A stretch of DNA of 64,000 nucleotides from Candidatus Bathyarchaeia archaeon (GTDB lineage: Archaea > Thermoproteota > Bathyarchaeia > Bathyarchaeales > Bathycorpusculaceae): assembly GCA_049969855.1 (NCBI GenBank), contig JBMFOB010000001.1, positions 32,001-96,000 of the forward strand, in the 5' to 3' direction. The notes under the pieces were generated by a model. The model was not told the origin of the DNA and made no database searches. It saw only the letters and a list, made by a program, of their open reading frames with translations. Position 1 is the first letter of the stretch. The number at the start of each line of letters is the position of its first letter. Below, piece by piece: positions 49,169 to 58,802 of this stretch. A program made the translations under genes and the position numbers.

Positions 49169-51847
49169 TTAGTTTTTCTTATTTAATTGCCCCTTAGCGC
49201 TAATCTTTCTAGGTGGCATTAGAACTTGTTCTAGGCGGTAGCCGTACCTTTTGTAAAACCAACTTTTAACGATTTCAGCTAAAGCTAGGTAGGCGCTGAG
49301 TATAGCCGCTAATGCAATGAAGAAGGTTTGCGGAGCCTTTACGAATTCAAAAATTGTTCCTAGTGGCGTATATGGCAATATTAATGCGAAGATTATTATC
49401 GCTATACTGCTTAGAACTAAGAGTCTGCTTGGTTTGCTTTTCCAGAAGGGTGACTTTTTGGTTCTAATAACAAAAATTACCAACGTTTGGGAAGCTAAGG
49501 ATTCAAGGAACCAAGCAGTTTGGAACAACGGTTCAGTGGCGTTAAAAATGAAAAGCATTATAAAGAATGTTAAGAAATCGAAAAGGGAGCTTACAGGTCC
49601 CAAGCATACCATAAACAGTCTGATGAAATGCATGTCCCACCTCTTCGGCTTCTCAATATATTCTTGGTCAACTTCATCCATAGGTATTGTTGACTGAGAC
49701 AAGTCGTAGAGGAGGTTGTTGAGCAATACCTGTGTCGGACGCATAGGCAGAAACGGCAAGAATAGGGATGCTCCAGCCATGCTGAACATATTTCCAAAGT
49801 TTGAACTCACACCCATCATAATATACTTCATAGTGTTGCCGAAGGTTTTTCTACCCTCCAAAACTCCGTCATGAAGCACTGTCAAATCAGTTCGCAAGAG
49901 TATAATGTCAGCTGACTCCTTTGCAACATCAACCGCATTATCCACCGATATGCCGACATCTGCGCTTCTCATCGGTGGTGCATCGTTTATTCCATCTCCT
50001 AAAAACCCTACTACATGGCCGTTATTCTTTAAAGCATTTATTATGCGGTCTTTTTGGGCTGGAGTGACTCTGCAGAAGACATTAGCCTCTTCAACAACCC
50101 TTGCAAGGGCATCATCGCCTGCTTGAGCGATTTCATTCCCAGTGACTATCCCTTTAATCTCAAAGCCTAAATATTCGCAAACTTTTCGGGTTACCAGTTC
50201 ATTGTCGCCCGTGAGGATTTTCAGCTCGACGCCTTCGTTTTTCAAGAGTTGCAGAGAATCCTTAGCTGTTTCTTTTGGAGGGTCCAAGAAGGCGATAAAG
50301 CCTAAAAACACCATGTCAAATTCGTCGTTGACAGAATAAACAGCCTTTTCTTCTCTTAGACGCTTGTAAGCAACACTTAAAACTCTAAAGCCTTCAGCGC
50401 TTAACTCAATGTATTTCTGCTCAATTTTTCTGCGCACTTCCTCTGTTATGTCGGCAATAACATTCTCAACTTCGTAATAAGAGCAGATTTTAGCGATTTC
50501 TTCTGGGGCGCCTTTAGTAATCATAAATCGCTGATTTTGATATTCAATTACTATGGAGAGGCGTTTTCGTACGAAATCAAATGGCACCTCATCAATTTTT
50601 ATGTATTCCTTCACGTCTATGTCTCTAAACTTTAGCACTGCCTCGTCAAGGGGACTCCTCAATCCTGTTTGAAAATGACTGTTTAGATACGAGTAGAGTA
50701 TCACTTTCTCGCTTTCATCTCCATTGATATCCACATGAAGGACAAGCTTTATTCTGTTCTCGGTCAATGTTCCAGTTTTATCTGTGCATAAGACATCCAT
50801 GCTGCCAAAATTCTGTATAGAGACTAAACGCTTTACAATGACACCTTTCTTAGACATTGCAATGGCTCCTTTAGAAAGATTAACCGATATTATCATCGGC
50901 AAAAGTTCAGGTGTTAAGCCTACAGCCAAAGCCACTGCAAAAAGAAGCGAGTCAAGCACACTGCGCATGTAAAGGGCATTTATGAAAAAAACAAACAGAA
51001 CAAGCAAAAATGTAACTTGCATTATCATATAACCAAAACTTCTAATTCCCCTCTGAAATTCTGTTTCTGGCTCCCTTGATACAAGCCTCTTCGCAATTTT
51101 CCCAAACTCTGTAAGGCTTCCAGTTTTCACCACAACGGCAGTTGCGGTTCCGCTTACAACAGATGTCCCCATGAAAAGATAGTTATTCCACTCCGTGATT
51201 GCAGACACGTATGATTTCAATGGAACAGCTGTCTTTTCAACAGGAAACGATTCGCCAGTCAACACAGACTGGTTCACGAACAAATCCTTTGCACTAATTA
51301 CCCTAGCATCCGCTGGCACTATGTCGCCTGCTGAAAGGTATATTATGTCGCCCGGAACTATCTCGGAAAGCTTAACCTCACGTTTAACGCCGTCCCTCAC
51401 CGTAGTTGCTGTGGTTGCCACCCTCTGTTTCAACATTTCAGCAGCACTTTCAGCCCTAAACTCTTGATAAAAATCTAAAATAACACTTAACATTACTATT
51501 GCGAATATTATAATAGTGTTGATGACCTCTCCAAAAAAGCCTGAAATCAGCCCAGCAACTAAAAGGATAATTATTAAAGGACTCTTAAAATGAGAAAGAA
51601 AATCAACGACAACTATCCTTTTCTTTTTCTTAACAATTTCATTGTAACCATATACTCTTATGCGTTCCTCAGCTTCTTCGGAAGAGAGCCCTAACAAAGA
51701 AGTGTTTAAACGAGTAAAAAGCTCTTGAACTGGTAGAGTTAGAAGCTCTTCTGTACTCGGCAGAACCCGGCTTACAATCTCGTTCCCATCTAGTTTCTCT
51801 TGGTTTTGTAGCTTCATCGTTTTCACCGCCCATTTCTCTTGAACCAT
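49169..51847 (-). CDS. mgtA: Mg2+-translocating P-type ATPase (P3B)
   Basis: TGES, AVGLTPELLP, DKTGTLT, TKGA, DPPK, TGDN, GDGIND, SSNFGNMFS, NNLLYD. Confidence 0.93.
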   Translation of the reverse strand: MVQEKWAVKTMKLQNQEKLDGNEIVSRVLPSTEELLTLPVQELFTRLNTSLLGLSSEEAEERIRVYGYNEIVKKKKRIVVVDFLSHFKSPLIIILLVAGLISGFFGEVINTIIIFAIVMLSVILDFYQEFRAESAAEMLKQRVATTATTVRDGVKREVKLSEIVPGDIIYLSAGDIVPADARVISAKDLFVNQSVLTGESFPVEKTAVPLKSYVSAITEWNNYLFMGTSVVSGTATAVVVKTGSLTEFGKIAKRLVSREPETEFQRGIRSFGYMIMQVTFLLVLFVFFINALYMRSVLDSLLFAVALAVGLTPELLPMIISVNLSKGAIAMSKKGVIVKRLVSIQNFGSMDVLCTDKTGTLTENRIKLVLHVDINGDESEKVILYSYLNSHFQTGLRSPLDEAVLKFRDIDVKEYIKIDEVPFDFVRKRLSIVIEYQNQRFMITKGAPEEIAKICSYYEVENVIADITEEVRRKIEQKYIELSAEGFRVLSVAYKRLREEKAVYSVNDEFDMVFLGFIAFLDPPKETAKDSLQLLKNEGVELKILTGDNELVTRKVCEYLGFEIKGIVTGNEIAQAGDDALARVVEEANVFCRVTPAQKDRIINALKNNGHVVGFLGDGINDAPPMRSADVGISVDNAVDVAKESADIILLRTDLTVLHDGVLEGRKTFGNTMKYIMMGVSSNFGNMFSMAGASLFLPFLPMRPTQVLLNNLLYDLSQSTIPMDEVDQEYIEKPKRWDMHFIRLFMVCLGPVSSLFDFLTFFIMLFIFNATEPLFQTAWFLESLASQTLVIFVIRTKKSPFWKSKPSRLLVLSSIAIIIFALILPYTPLGTIFEFVKAPQTFFIALAAILSAYLALAEIVKSWFYKRYGYRLEQVLMPPRKISAKGQLNKKN

Positions 51848-51993
51848 CCCTTATAGATGAACCAGTATACCTACACCTCTCTGCGTTCTTAAAATTGTTT
51901 CTATAAATCATTTAGCGGTAAATCTTGCATATCATTTTTAATTGAAAAACCGGAAAGAGAAACTGAAAATTTAACATCAACAGTAAACACAAG

Positions 51994-52032
51994 CGCCGGA
52001 GAAGGGATTTCAACACCAATTTATCAGTAAAG
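51994..52032 (-). repeat. att-like site at the tRNA-Ser island boundary
   Basis: 51994-52009 matches the tRNA-Ser 3' end (54015-54030) at 15/16; the minus strand reads TTTTACTGATAA, 13 nt, TCCCTTCTCCGGCG. Confidence 0.8.
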
Positions 52033-52395
52033 AGTTCGACACCCTCCCGAGCTACCACAAAAACATTGCTTTTAACGTTATTCGCTGAATTGGCTTGCGA
52101 GAAATGGTTTATCAATTGTTTAAGCGCCGTTCCTAGATATTATATGACATTTCTTTTGTTTTTCATTTGGCAAAAATTCAGTCTTTGAACCCTAGGGAAA
52201 GGGGATAATTGCTGAAGCTAAGATTCCCTTGCTGCAATCATGGAGAAGTAACCGTTAGCAAAATGTTTAACTCTTAAAAAGGCGAAGTTTAATGGTTAAG
52301 CAACTGACTGTGTTGGAGGCGCGTCACCATTTATGGATAAAGAAATCCCAGAAAGAGAATATAGCGCGAAAGGGAAAGTATCTAGGTTTGAGTAG

Positions 52396-52983
52396 GTGTT
52401 AAAAGTGGATGATAAAATCGGTCTCGGTAGCATGGTTGGAATAGGAATGATGTGCGTGATGCTTGGATTTCTAGGTTGGCTACATGCTAACTTCTTGTTC
52501 GAAAGATTAAGTTACGTGTTTGGATTTGTGGGAATAGACACCAGCCATTATATATCCGCCGACCTTGGTGAAATAATGCGGATTTATGTGGGCTTTATTA
52601 TAACTGGGTGTGTGTTTCTATTCTTTGGTTCTTTAGGAATAAAAAAGAAATTGAAGAACAACACAATCAATCTAGGAATTACACTGGTTCTTGGTCCGAC
52701 CCTTGCGTTTCTAGGCGTAATCAATTGGGTTGATTTGAGCTTCTATATGCTGGGTTTAATGTTCGTGCTTATGAGCGTTTCATTCACAAAATACAGGGCA
52801 TATGCCAAATACTATGTTCCCGCGATCCTGATTTGCGGAGTCATAATTACAATGTTGGGGTACCATCTTTTACACGCCATACACTGCGGGCTTGTCTATG
52901 CGACAGGTATAAGCGTGCTTGCTAGTGGAGTGATTAACCTTATCTTAGTCGAGAAAACTAGAGAGAAAGGTCTTTTCAGCTAA
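52396..52983 (+). CDS. Multi-pass membrane protein
   Basis: About 6 hydrophobic segments. Confidence 0.7.
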   Translation: MLKVDDKIGLGSMVGIGMMCVMLGFLGWLHANFLFERLSYVFGFVGIDTSHYISADLGEIMRIYVGFIITGCVFLFFGSLGIKKKLKNNTINLGITLVLGPTLAFLGVINWVDLSFYMLGLMFVLMSVSFTKYRAYAKYYVPAILICGVIITMLGYHLLHAIHCGLVYATGISVLASGVINLILVEKTREKGLFS

Positions 52984-53047
52984 AAATGGGAAAGAATGCA
53001 ACCACAACCGTAATAAGCTGACCAGTAGAACTCAATAAGAGGGTTGC

Positions 53048-53320
53048 ATGAAATATACAAAACACGCAAAAGCCAGAGCAGCTGAAAGGGGTATAACTGA
53101 GGACATGATTTTGGAAGCGATATTGCAACCCTCCCAGACATATTATGACTTAAGCACTGGAACAACAATCGTCTTCAAGAAGCTTAATGGGAAGTATCTT
53201 TTAGTAGCATACTCTAAAGAGAATAAGGAAATCAAAATTGTAACAACGTTTATAACATCAAACGCCCAAGAAATAATTAGCAGAAAACTGGAAAGCAGAA
53301 CATGGGTGAGGATTAAGTGA
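53048..53320 (+). CDS. DUF4258 putative toxin (RelE/BrnT-like fold)
   Basis: YTKHAKARAAERGI, L.VAY...IKIVT. Confidence 0.85.
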   Translation: MKYTKHAKARAAERGITEDMILEAILQPSQTYYDLSTGTTIVFKKLNGKYLLVAYSKENKEIKIVTTFITSNAQEIISRKLESRTWVRIK

Positions 53321-53538
53321 AAGTGGAATATGACAGAGAATCCGACATATTATACATAAAGTTTAAAGAGTCAGAAATAGCAGATACTAAAATATTAGGT
53401 GAAGACGCCTACATAGACTTAGACAAAGACGGAAACCTAGTTGGCATAGAAATATGGAAAGCCTCCCAAAACGCCATACTCCCAATATCAAAAGACATAG
53501 CCGAAAAACTAAAACTAATTTTAGAAAACCCCGCCTAA
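53317..53538 (+). CDS. DUF2283 putative antitoxin
   Basis: YDRESDILYI, DLDKDGNLVGIEI; 4-nt overlap with the toxin. Confidence 0.88.
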   Translation: MKVEYDRESDILYIKFKESEIADTKILGEDAYIDLDKDGNLVGIEIWKASQNAILPISKDIAEKLKLILENPA

Positions 53539-53610
53539 AGCAAAATAAAAGCCTTCCAACAAAATCTAAATTAATTCTCAACCGCTAAACGCTAACTTCT
53601 AGATTTTTGA

Positions 53611-53636
53611 TTTCTGTTAGCGTCTCCTAACAGAAA
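53611..53636. terminator. Perfect 10-bp inverted repeat (terminator or operator)
   Basis: TTTCTGTTAG-cgtctc-CTAACAGAAA downstream of the TA pair. Confidence 0.4.
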
Positions 53637-54014
53637 ATGCTTAAATAAAAGTGGAGTGAGTTGTGCAAAAAGGTTTGTTATTACATATTGAGGTTGACTT
53701 TGTCTACCCTTAAGGATTTATCGATAATAGTGATATTTTCTTGGAAGCCTAGTTCAAGTCCACATAGGCTCTTGTTTCTTAAACATAGCGATGTCTGGAG
53801 TGGCGGAATCTTTCTGTTAGTCGCTGTTAAGGGAATTTAAAACCATGAGAAAGTCTTCTGTAAGGGTTAAATGCTATTGGGGAAGTTGTTGTAAGAACTT
53901 ACAGCAAGCCACAACCAGATTCAAGTTTACTATTTCAATAAATCTCATTATACGCTCTAAAAAAAGGCTATTTATCAAAACAAAGCGCAAAATTAACCCA
54001 AAACGTTAAAATGA

Positions 54015-54134
54015 CGCCGGGGAAGGGATTCGAACCCTTGCGAGCCCGAAGGCCCACTGGCTTACCTGTTCTCATCTAGCCCTTCTTTCAATTTGATCTC
54101 GAGGCCAGCGCGTTAACCGCTCCGCCACCCCGGC
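54015..54134 (-). tRNA. tRNA-Ser(CGA) with approx. 35-nt intron in the anticodon loop
   Basis: GCCGGGG...CTGGC CT CGA G [intron about 54063-54097] A GCCAG, long variable arm GGGCCTTCGGGCTC, GGTTCGAATCC. Confidence 0.92.
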
Positions 54135-54158
54135 GAAAGGAATTAGTTGTTTGTCTTC

Positions 54159-54171
54159 TAAAAAGGGTTTT
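54159..54171 (-). promoter_or_regulatory. Probable BRE/TATA promoter of tRNA-Ser
   Basis: AAAACCCTTTTTA about 25 nt upstream; same element as for tRNA-Arg. Confidence 0.6.
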
Positions 54172-54995
54172 CATCGGGTTAATAGTGAAGGGAAAAGCCA
54201 CTGTTTCTTCTTTTCGTGTTTTTTCTTGTCCCATTCATAAAGGATTTTTGTTGCTTCGTTTGCAATTTTTATGGCGTTCTCTTCGCCTGCTCCGGGCTTA
54301 AATTTGTTTGTGCATCTGTTAGCGTAAACAGCACATATGGAGCCTGCTCTTAATCCGTAAAGATTTGCTAGAGTGAACAGTGTGGCTGTTTCCATTTCAA
54401 AGTTTAAAACTTTCGCCTTCTGCAAAGTTGAAAGCAAATCTTCCATGTGCTGTGGATAATTCTTTATTGTTGGGCGCCTTTGTCCGGCGTAAAAATCTGC
54501 TGTTGTCGCAGTCACGCCTACATGATAATTGCTTATGCCAAGGCTTTCAGCAGCCTCAATCAAAGCCAACAAAACTTCATAGTTCGCCACAGCAGGATAC
54601 TCGGGCATGATGTAACAGTTACTCGTGTAATCCAAGCGTACAGCAGCCGAAGAAATAATCACGTCACCACAGTTTATGTCTTCCTGTATAGCGCCAGTAC
54701 TACCCACACGAATAAAAGTATGCACACCAATACGCGAAGCCTCATTGACAACAATAGCCATACAAGCGGGACCAATACCACTTGAAAGAGCAGAAAGCGG
54801 AACGCCTTTATATTTGCCTGTGAAACTTCGAAACTCACGGTGACAAGAAACTTCCTTGGCAGAATCCCAAAAAGAGGCAATTTTTGGAACTCGTTCCGGG
54901 TCGCCGGGCACAAGCAAATACTCGGCTAAGTCGCCTCTTTCACATGCAATATGATATTGCTTGCTAGGAAACATTGAGTGCATCATATTCACCAT
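54171..54995 (-). CDS. udp: Uridine phosphorylase
   Basis: QYHI, PGDPERV, HREF, GIG, IRVGSTG, FYAGQ.R, NFEME. Confidence 0.9.
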   Translation of the reverse strand: MVNMMHSMFPSKQYHIACERGDLAEYLLVPGDPERVPKIASFWDSAKEVSCHREFRSFTGKYKGVPLSALSSGIGPACMAIVVNEASRIGVHTFIRVGSTGAIQEDINCGDVIISSAAVRLDYTSNCYIMPEYPAVANYEVLLALIEAAESLGISNYHVGVTATTADFYAGQRRPTIKNYPQHMEDLLSTLQKAKVLNFEMETATLFTLANLYGLRAGSICAVYANRCTNKFKPGAGEENAIKIANEATKILYEWDKKKHEKKKQWLFPSLLTR

Positions 54996-55003
54996 GATGG
55001 AAA

Positions 55004-55987
55004 TTAATCCTTTTTTGGCATCGCCAAATCCGCTATGTCCACACTGTGTTCATAGATTTGTCTTAACATTGACGCTGCAGCAAGGATATTAGGCATAATA
55101 TCCAAGGGTTGTTCTTTTGCAACCTTTTCTATGCTGGCAAATATTTTTTCAACCTTCTCCCTAACACCACGCACGTTTTCAGCTAAACCCACATCGCCTG
55201 TCAGAAAAGCCTTCAAAGCATCCTCATGAGCTTGGAAACAAGCAAGGTGAAGCTCAACGAAAGTTTTCTTAAAGTTTTCAGCTAACGTTTTTCCTTTTAA
55301 CTCGTTTGTTTTTAACGCCATCCGAACACATTCATCACCGATGGCTTCAACCAAACTTGCTACAAGGCGATAGTCTAAGCATTCAATTGGGCGAACTCCA
55401 AGTTTCTCGCTGAGGCTTGGGTTTTGAATTATTGTGCGAAGAATACGAACCAAAAGGAAATATAGCCTGTTAACCTCGTCGTCGCGGGCTATAACACCCT
55501 TTGCCAAATGCAAGTCTCCATCAACCAAGGCGTTAACAACATCACGGTGCATGCCAGCAGCAATAGTATAACCTCTTCGAAGAATTTTTTCAGGCGGAAA
55601 ACCAGAGGGCTCCAGCAAGCATTGCAAAACTATTCGTGAATAATCTTCCTCCACAATTTCTAATCCAATAAGTCGACTAACAGCATTCTTAACTATATCA
55701 CGAACCTCAAAACTAATACGCTCTTTAGTCTCAATAGTAATAATATCGAACCCCAACAGGTACTTAGCTATGATTTCACGATTCAAATAAGGGCTAGGCC
55801 CCAAAGTAACCGTGCGCGGAGAAAACTCAGTCCCATATTCGGGATCTATCAGAAGTTTGCCTTCGCTGGTTTCACTGACAGCAACCACAGAGCCTGGTTT
55901 AAAGCCGTGGCGTTCAGCCCAACGTTTGGGTAAACAAACGAAAAATGTGCCGCTTGGAGTGCGTTGAACTTTGCGTAACTCACTCAT
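55004..55987 (-). CDS. phoU: AbrB-PhoU phosphate uptake regulator
   Basis: RKVQ...VCLPK.W N-terminal AbrB domain, DDEVNRLYFL, two PhoU repeats; start set at MSELRK. Confidence 0.88.
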   Translation of the reverse strand: MSELRKVQRTPSGTFFVCLPKRWAERHGFKPGSVVAVSETSEGKLLIDPEYGTEFSPRTVTLGPSPYLNREIIAKYLLGFDIITIETKERISFEVRDIVKNAVSRLIGLEIVEEDYSRIVLQCLLEPSGFPPEKILRRGYTIAAGMHRDVVNALVDGDLHLAKGVIARDDEVNRLYFLLVRILRTIIQNPSLSEKLGVRPIECLDYRLVASLVEAIGDECVRMALKTNELKGKTLAENFKKTFVELHLACFQAHEDALKAFLTGDVGLAENVRGVREKVEKIFASIEKVAKEQPLDIMPNILAAASMLRQIYEHSVDIADLAMPKKD

Positions 55988-56071
55988 CCTAACCACCAAC
56001 GGTAAAGTTGCTTCGCAAGCCATAATATAAACGCATCTAAATAAAAACCTAAAGTACAAATGTAAATGTGA

Positions 56072-56668
56072 GTGTTAGAATTGAAAATGCTAATTATAAT
56101 AGGTATAGACCTAGCCGGAAGCTCAAAAAATCCAACAGGATGGGCTTTATGGAAAAATAAAACAGTAAAGACAAAATTAGTTTATACAAACAAGGAAATC
56201 ATAGAGAGCGTTGTAACCGATAAGCCCTCTATAATTGCAATAGATGCCCCCTTAAGGCTTCCAAAAAAGGGGATTTTAAGAAGCGTCGATAAAGAAATGA
56301 TAAAGAGGGGGTATAGAGTTTTTCCGCCAACTCTTCCAGCAATGAAAAAGCTGACATTACGGGCTATAAGAATAAACAAGTTAATAGTGGAGAAGGGATA
56401 CAAGACAATAGAAGTGCATCCGACATCAACGCGGAAAGCCTTGGACATGCCATTAAAAGATTGGGGAAAAATTCAAACACTCTTAAAGGATATAGGATTG
56501 AAAGGAGACATTGAAACACCCCATTTAACGCCTCACGAAATAGACGCCGTAACCGCGGCTCTAACTGCATACCTTCAAATACAAAATCAAACAGAATCCA
56601 TTGGTGATGAGGAAGAAGGCTACATAATCGTCCCTAAAAGGTTGAATTGGAGAACCCTCAAAATATGA
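56072..56668 (+). CDS. DUF429 family RNase H-like protein
   Basis: GIDLAG, AIDAPL, IEVHP, HEIDA. Confidence 0.88.
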   Translation: MLELKMLIIIGIDLAGSSKNPTGWALWKNKTVKTKLVYTNKEIIESVVTDKPSIIAIDAPLRLPKKGILRSVDKEMIKRGYRVFPPTLPAMKKLTLRAIRINKLIVEKGYKTIEVHPTSTRKALDMPLKDWGKIQTLLKDIGLKGDIETPHLTPHEIDAVTAALTAYLQIQNQTESIGDEEEGYIIVPKRLNWRTLKI

Positions 56669-58218
56669 GCCAAAATGACAAGTTGCATAAAGCTGTGGAA
56701 TTAACGATTGAGGCAGGCTACCAACTCGACAAGGAAGCCTTCGAATTCCTAAGCACTGTAGCAGAAACAGAAGACCCAACAGAAATCATAAACAAAGCTA
56801 TACGAAAAATAGAGACTCTAAGGGAGAAACCATTATTCATCGACAAAAACCTTCTGGAACAACTGATAAAGGAACAGAAGCCGCCAGAAGAAACCTTTCC
56901 ACAGCAATTAGAACCATCGCAAACATTACCAGAAAACCTGCCAATTCTTGGGAAAGGAAAATTCCACTCTTTCGCAAAAGACATTGAGGCACGTATCAAG
57001 GTTATTGACAATCCAGCGGAAAGACTAAGCTCAGGTGGAACAATTGAGGACTATCTGGAATATTTCCGGGACAGATTTAAGCGTATAGAAAAATTGTTAA
57101 GACAGCGAATGGATGTTAAAAGCGCCGCTTCCATTATAGACGCATTAAAATCTCCTGCAAACACACGTTTGAAAGTAATTGGCATGATAACGGAAAAGAG
57201 GGAAGCAAAACAAAAAATCCTGTTAACAGTGGAAGATTTAAGTGCAAACGTTACAATGTTAGTGCCTCAAAACGCATCAGAAGAAGTTCTAAAGAAGGCA
57301 CGATGCCTCCTCCTTGACCAAGTTGTCTGCTTAAGCGTTGTAAAGACAAGAAGCAACCTTTTAGTTGTTGAAGATATAATCTTACCCGACATAGCGCAAA
57401 GAACTCCTCATAAAGCGCCGATTCCAGTTTACGCTGTGCTTACATCTGACATGCATGTGGGCAGCACAAAATTCCAAAGAGAAGCGTTTAACCGTTTCTT
57501 GTTATGGCTTAACGGCAAATATGGAAACGAAAAAATGAGGGAAATAGCGAGTCATGTCAAATATGTTTTAGTGGCAGGTGACATTGTAGACGGCATAGGA
57601 ATTTATCCAAACCAGGTGAAAGAGCTAGCAATAAAAGATGTTAATGAACAGTATAGGCTTGCTGGGAAATATTTTGAACAAATTCCAGACTATATAGAAG
57701 TGGCAATCATTCCAGGAAATCATGATGCACCCAGAAAAGCCTTGCCCCAACCACCCATATCAAACACTTTTTTAGAAAAGCTGCAAGAAACACGAAGGTT
57801 CTATTCCCTTGGAAACCCATGTTTTCTCAGCCTTCACGATGTGGAAGTGTTACTATATCACGGGCGCAGTTTAGATGACATAATTCCCACAGTTCCCGAC
57901 ATGAATTCTAATCAACCGGAAAAAGCAATGAAGCTAATGCTGCAAAGTCGCCACTTAGCACCAGTATACGGCGGAAAAACGCCGTTATCTCCTGAAAACA
58001 GAGACTGCTTAGTTATAGAACGTGTTCCCGACATCTTTCATGCTGGTCACATACATGCATTAGGATATACAAATTATCGCGGAGTTTTAGTTGTAAACTC
58101 GGGCGGATGGCAAGAACAAACAGAATATATGAAAAGAATGGGATTTGTCCCAACACCGGGGAAAGTTCCAGTTGTAAACCTTCAAACATTAGAAGTTAAC
58201 ATCCTCTCCTTCTGTTAA
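56665..58218 (+). CDS. polB: DNA polymerase D small (proofreading) subunit DP1
   Basis: SDMHVGS, AGDIVDG.GIYP.Q, PGNHD, YHGRS, RHLAP, GHIH, NSG.WQ.QT. Confidence 0.96.
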   Translation: MSQNDKLHKAVELTIEAGYQLDKEAFEFLSTVAETEDPTEIINKAIRKIETLREKPLFIDKNLLEQLIKEQKPPEETFPQQLEPSQTLPENLPILGKGKFHSFAKDIEARIKVIDNPAERLSSGGTIEDYLEYFRDRFKRIEKLLRQRMDVKSAASIIDALKSPANTRLKVIGMITEKREAKQKILLTVEDLSANVTMLVPQNASEEVLKKARCLLLDQVVCLSVVKTRSNLLVVEDIILPDIAQRTPHKAPIPVYAVLTSDMHVGSTKFQREAFNRFLLWLNGKYGNEKMREIASHVKYVLVAGDIVDGIGIYPNQVKELAIKDVNEQYRLAGKYFEQIPDYIEVAIIPGNHDAPRKALPQPPISNTFLEKLQETRRFYSLGNPCFLSLHDVEVLLYHGRSLDDIIPTVPDMNSNQPEKAMKLMLQSRHLAPVYGGKTPLSPENRDCLVIERVPDIFHAGHIHALGYTNYRGVLVVNSGGWQEQTEYMKRMGFVPTPGKVPVVNLQTLEVNILSFC

Positions 58219-58802
58219 GATAAACCACGTGCAATCAATCGCGCAGCCCGAATGGGTTCTGGAACTCTGCCACAAAAACACAAAGCCTGAATCATATTAG
58301 AAGCCCATTTAACGCTTGCACCCACTATTTCTACATATAATGGTGGTTCGCCGCTTCGAGTAATAATTTTGTGAATTGGGCCTAACTTTTGAAACACTTC
58401 CCAGCGCATTTCCCAGTCTTCAAAATGTTTTTTGAGGGCTTGCTTCACCGTTCGGTTATCAGGTTTTGTTCGGGATATTATGATAACTGGCTTTTTGAAT
58501 TTTTCATAAATTATTGTTGGATTGATGAGGTTAAAACCCGCAAAGGATACTCCAGCAAGCATAATAGCAGTAAACTCCCATGCTTTTAGGACCTCGGCGA
58601 GTTTTTCCGTCGCATCTAACCCATCAACAGTTATTTTTACGACTTTCACGTTTTCAATGCTGGCTTCTCTGAACAAAACTGCGGCAAGAAGTGCCTCTCG
58701 CGTTATGCCTTTCTGGAAACTTCCATCTTCAACTCCTACTGTTAGCATGCTTTGAAAGGCTTTTTGCTTCATATTCCACCAGACGCCCAAGCCTATTGTC
58801 AC
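58215..58802 (-). CDS. DUF99 family (endonuclease V-like) protein
   Basis: GVEDG, VDGLDAT, GVSFAGFN, PEPIR.A.LIA; start uncertain. Confidence 0.88.
   Translation of the reverse strand: MTIGLGVWWNMKQKAFQSMLTVGVEDGSFQKGITREALLAAVLFREASIENVKVVKITVDGLDATEKLAEVLKAWEFTAIMLAGVSFAGFNLINPTIIYEKFKKPVIIISRTKPDNRTVKQALKKHFEDWEMRWEVFQKLGPIHKIITRSGEPPLYVEIVGASVKWASNMIQALCFCGRVPEPIRAARLIARGLS

Larger units (their letters stand above)
51994..54030. mobile_element. Approx. 2 kb integrase-less islet at the tRNA-Ser 3' end
   Basis: Bounded by direct repeats of the tRNA 3' end; carries a membrane protein and a TA pair. Confidence 0.7.

Noticed and set aside
52185-52390. Possible structured RNA or Mg2+ riboswitch near mgtA
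   Set aside because: Only short imperfect pairings; it lies inside the tRNA-Ser islet beyond the att site and matches no motif I recognise.
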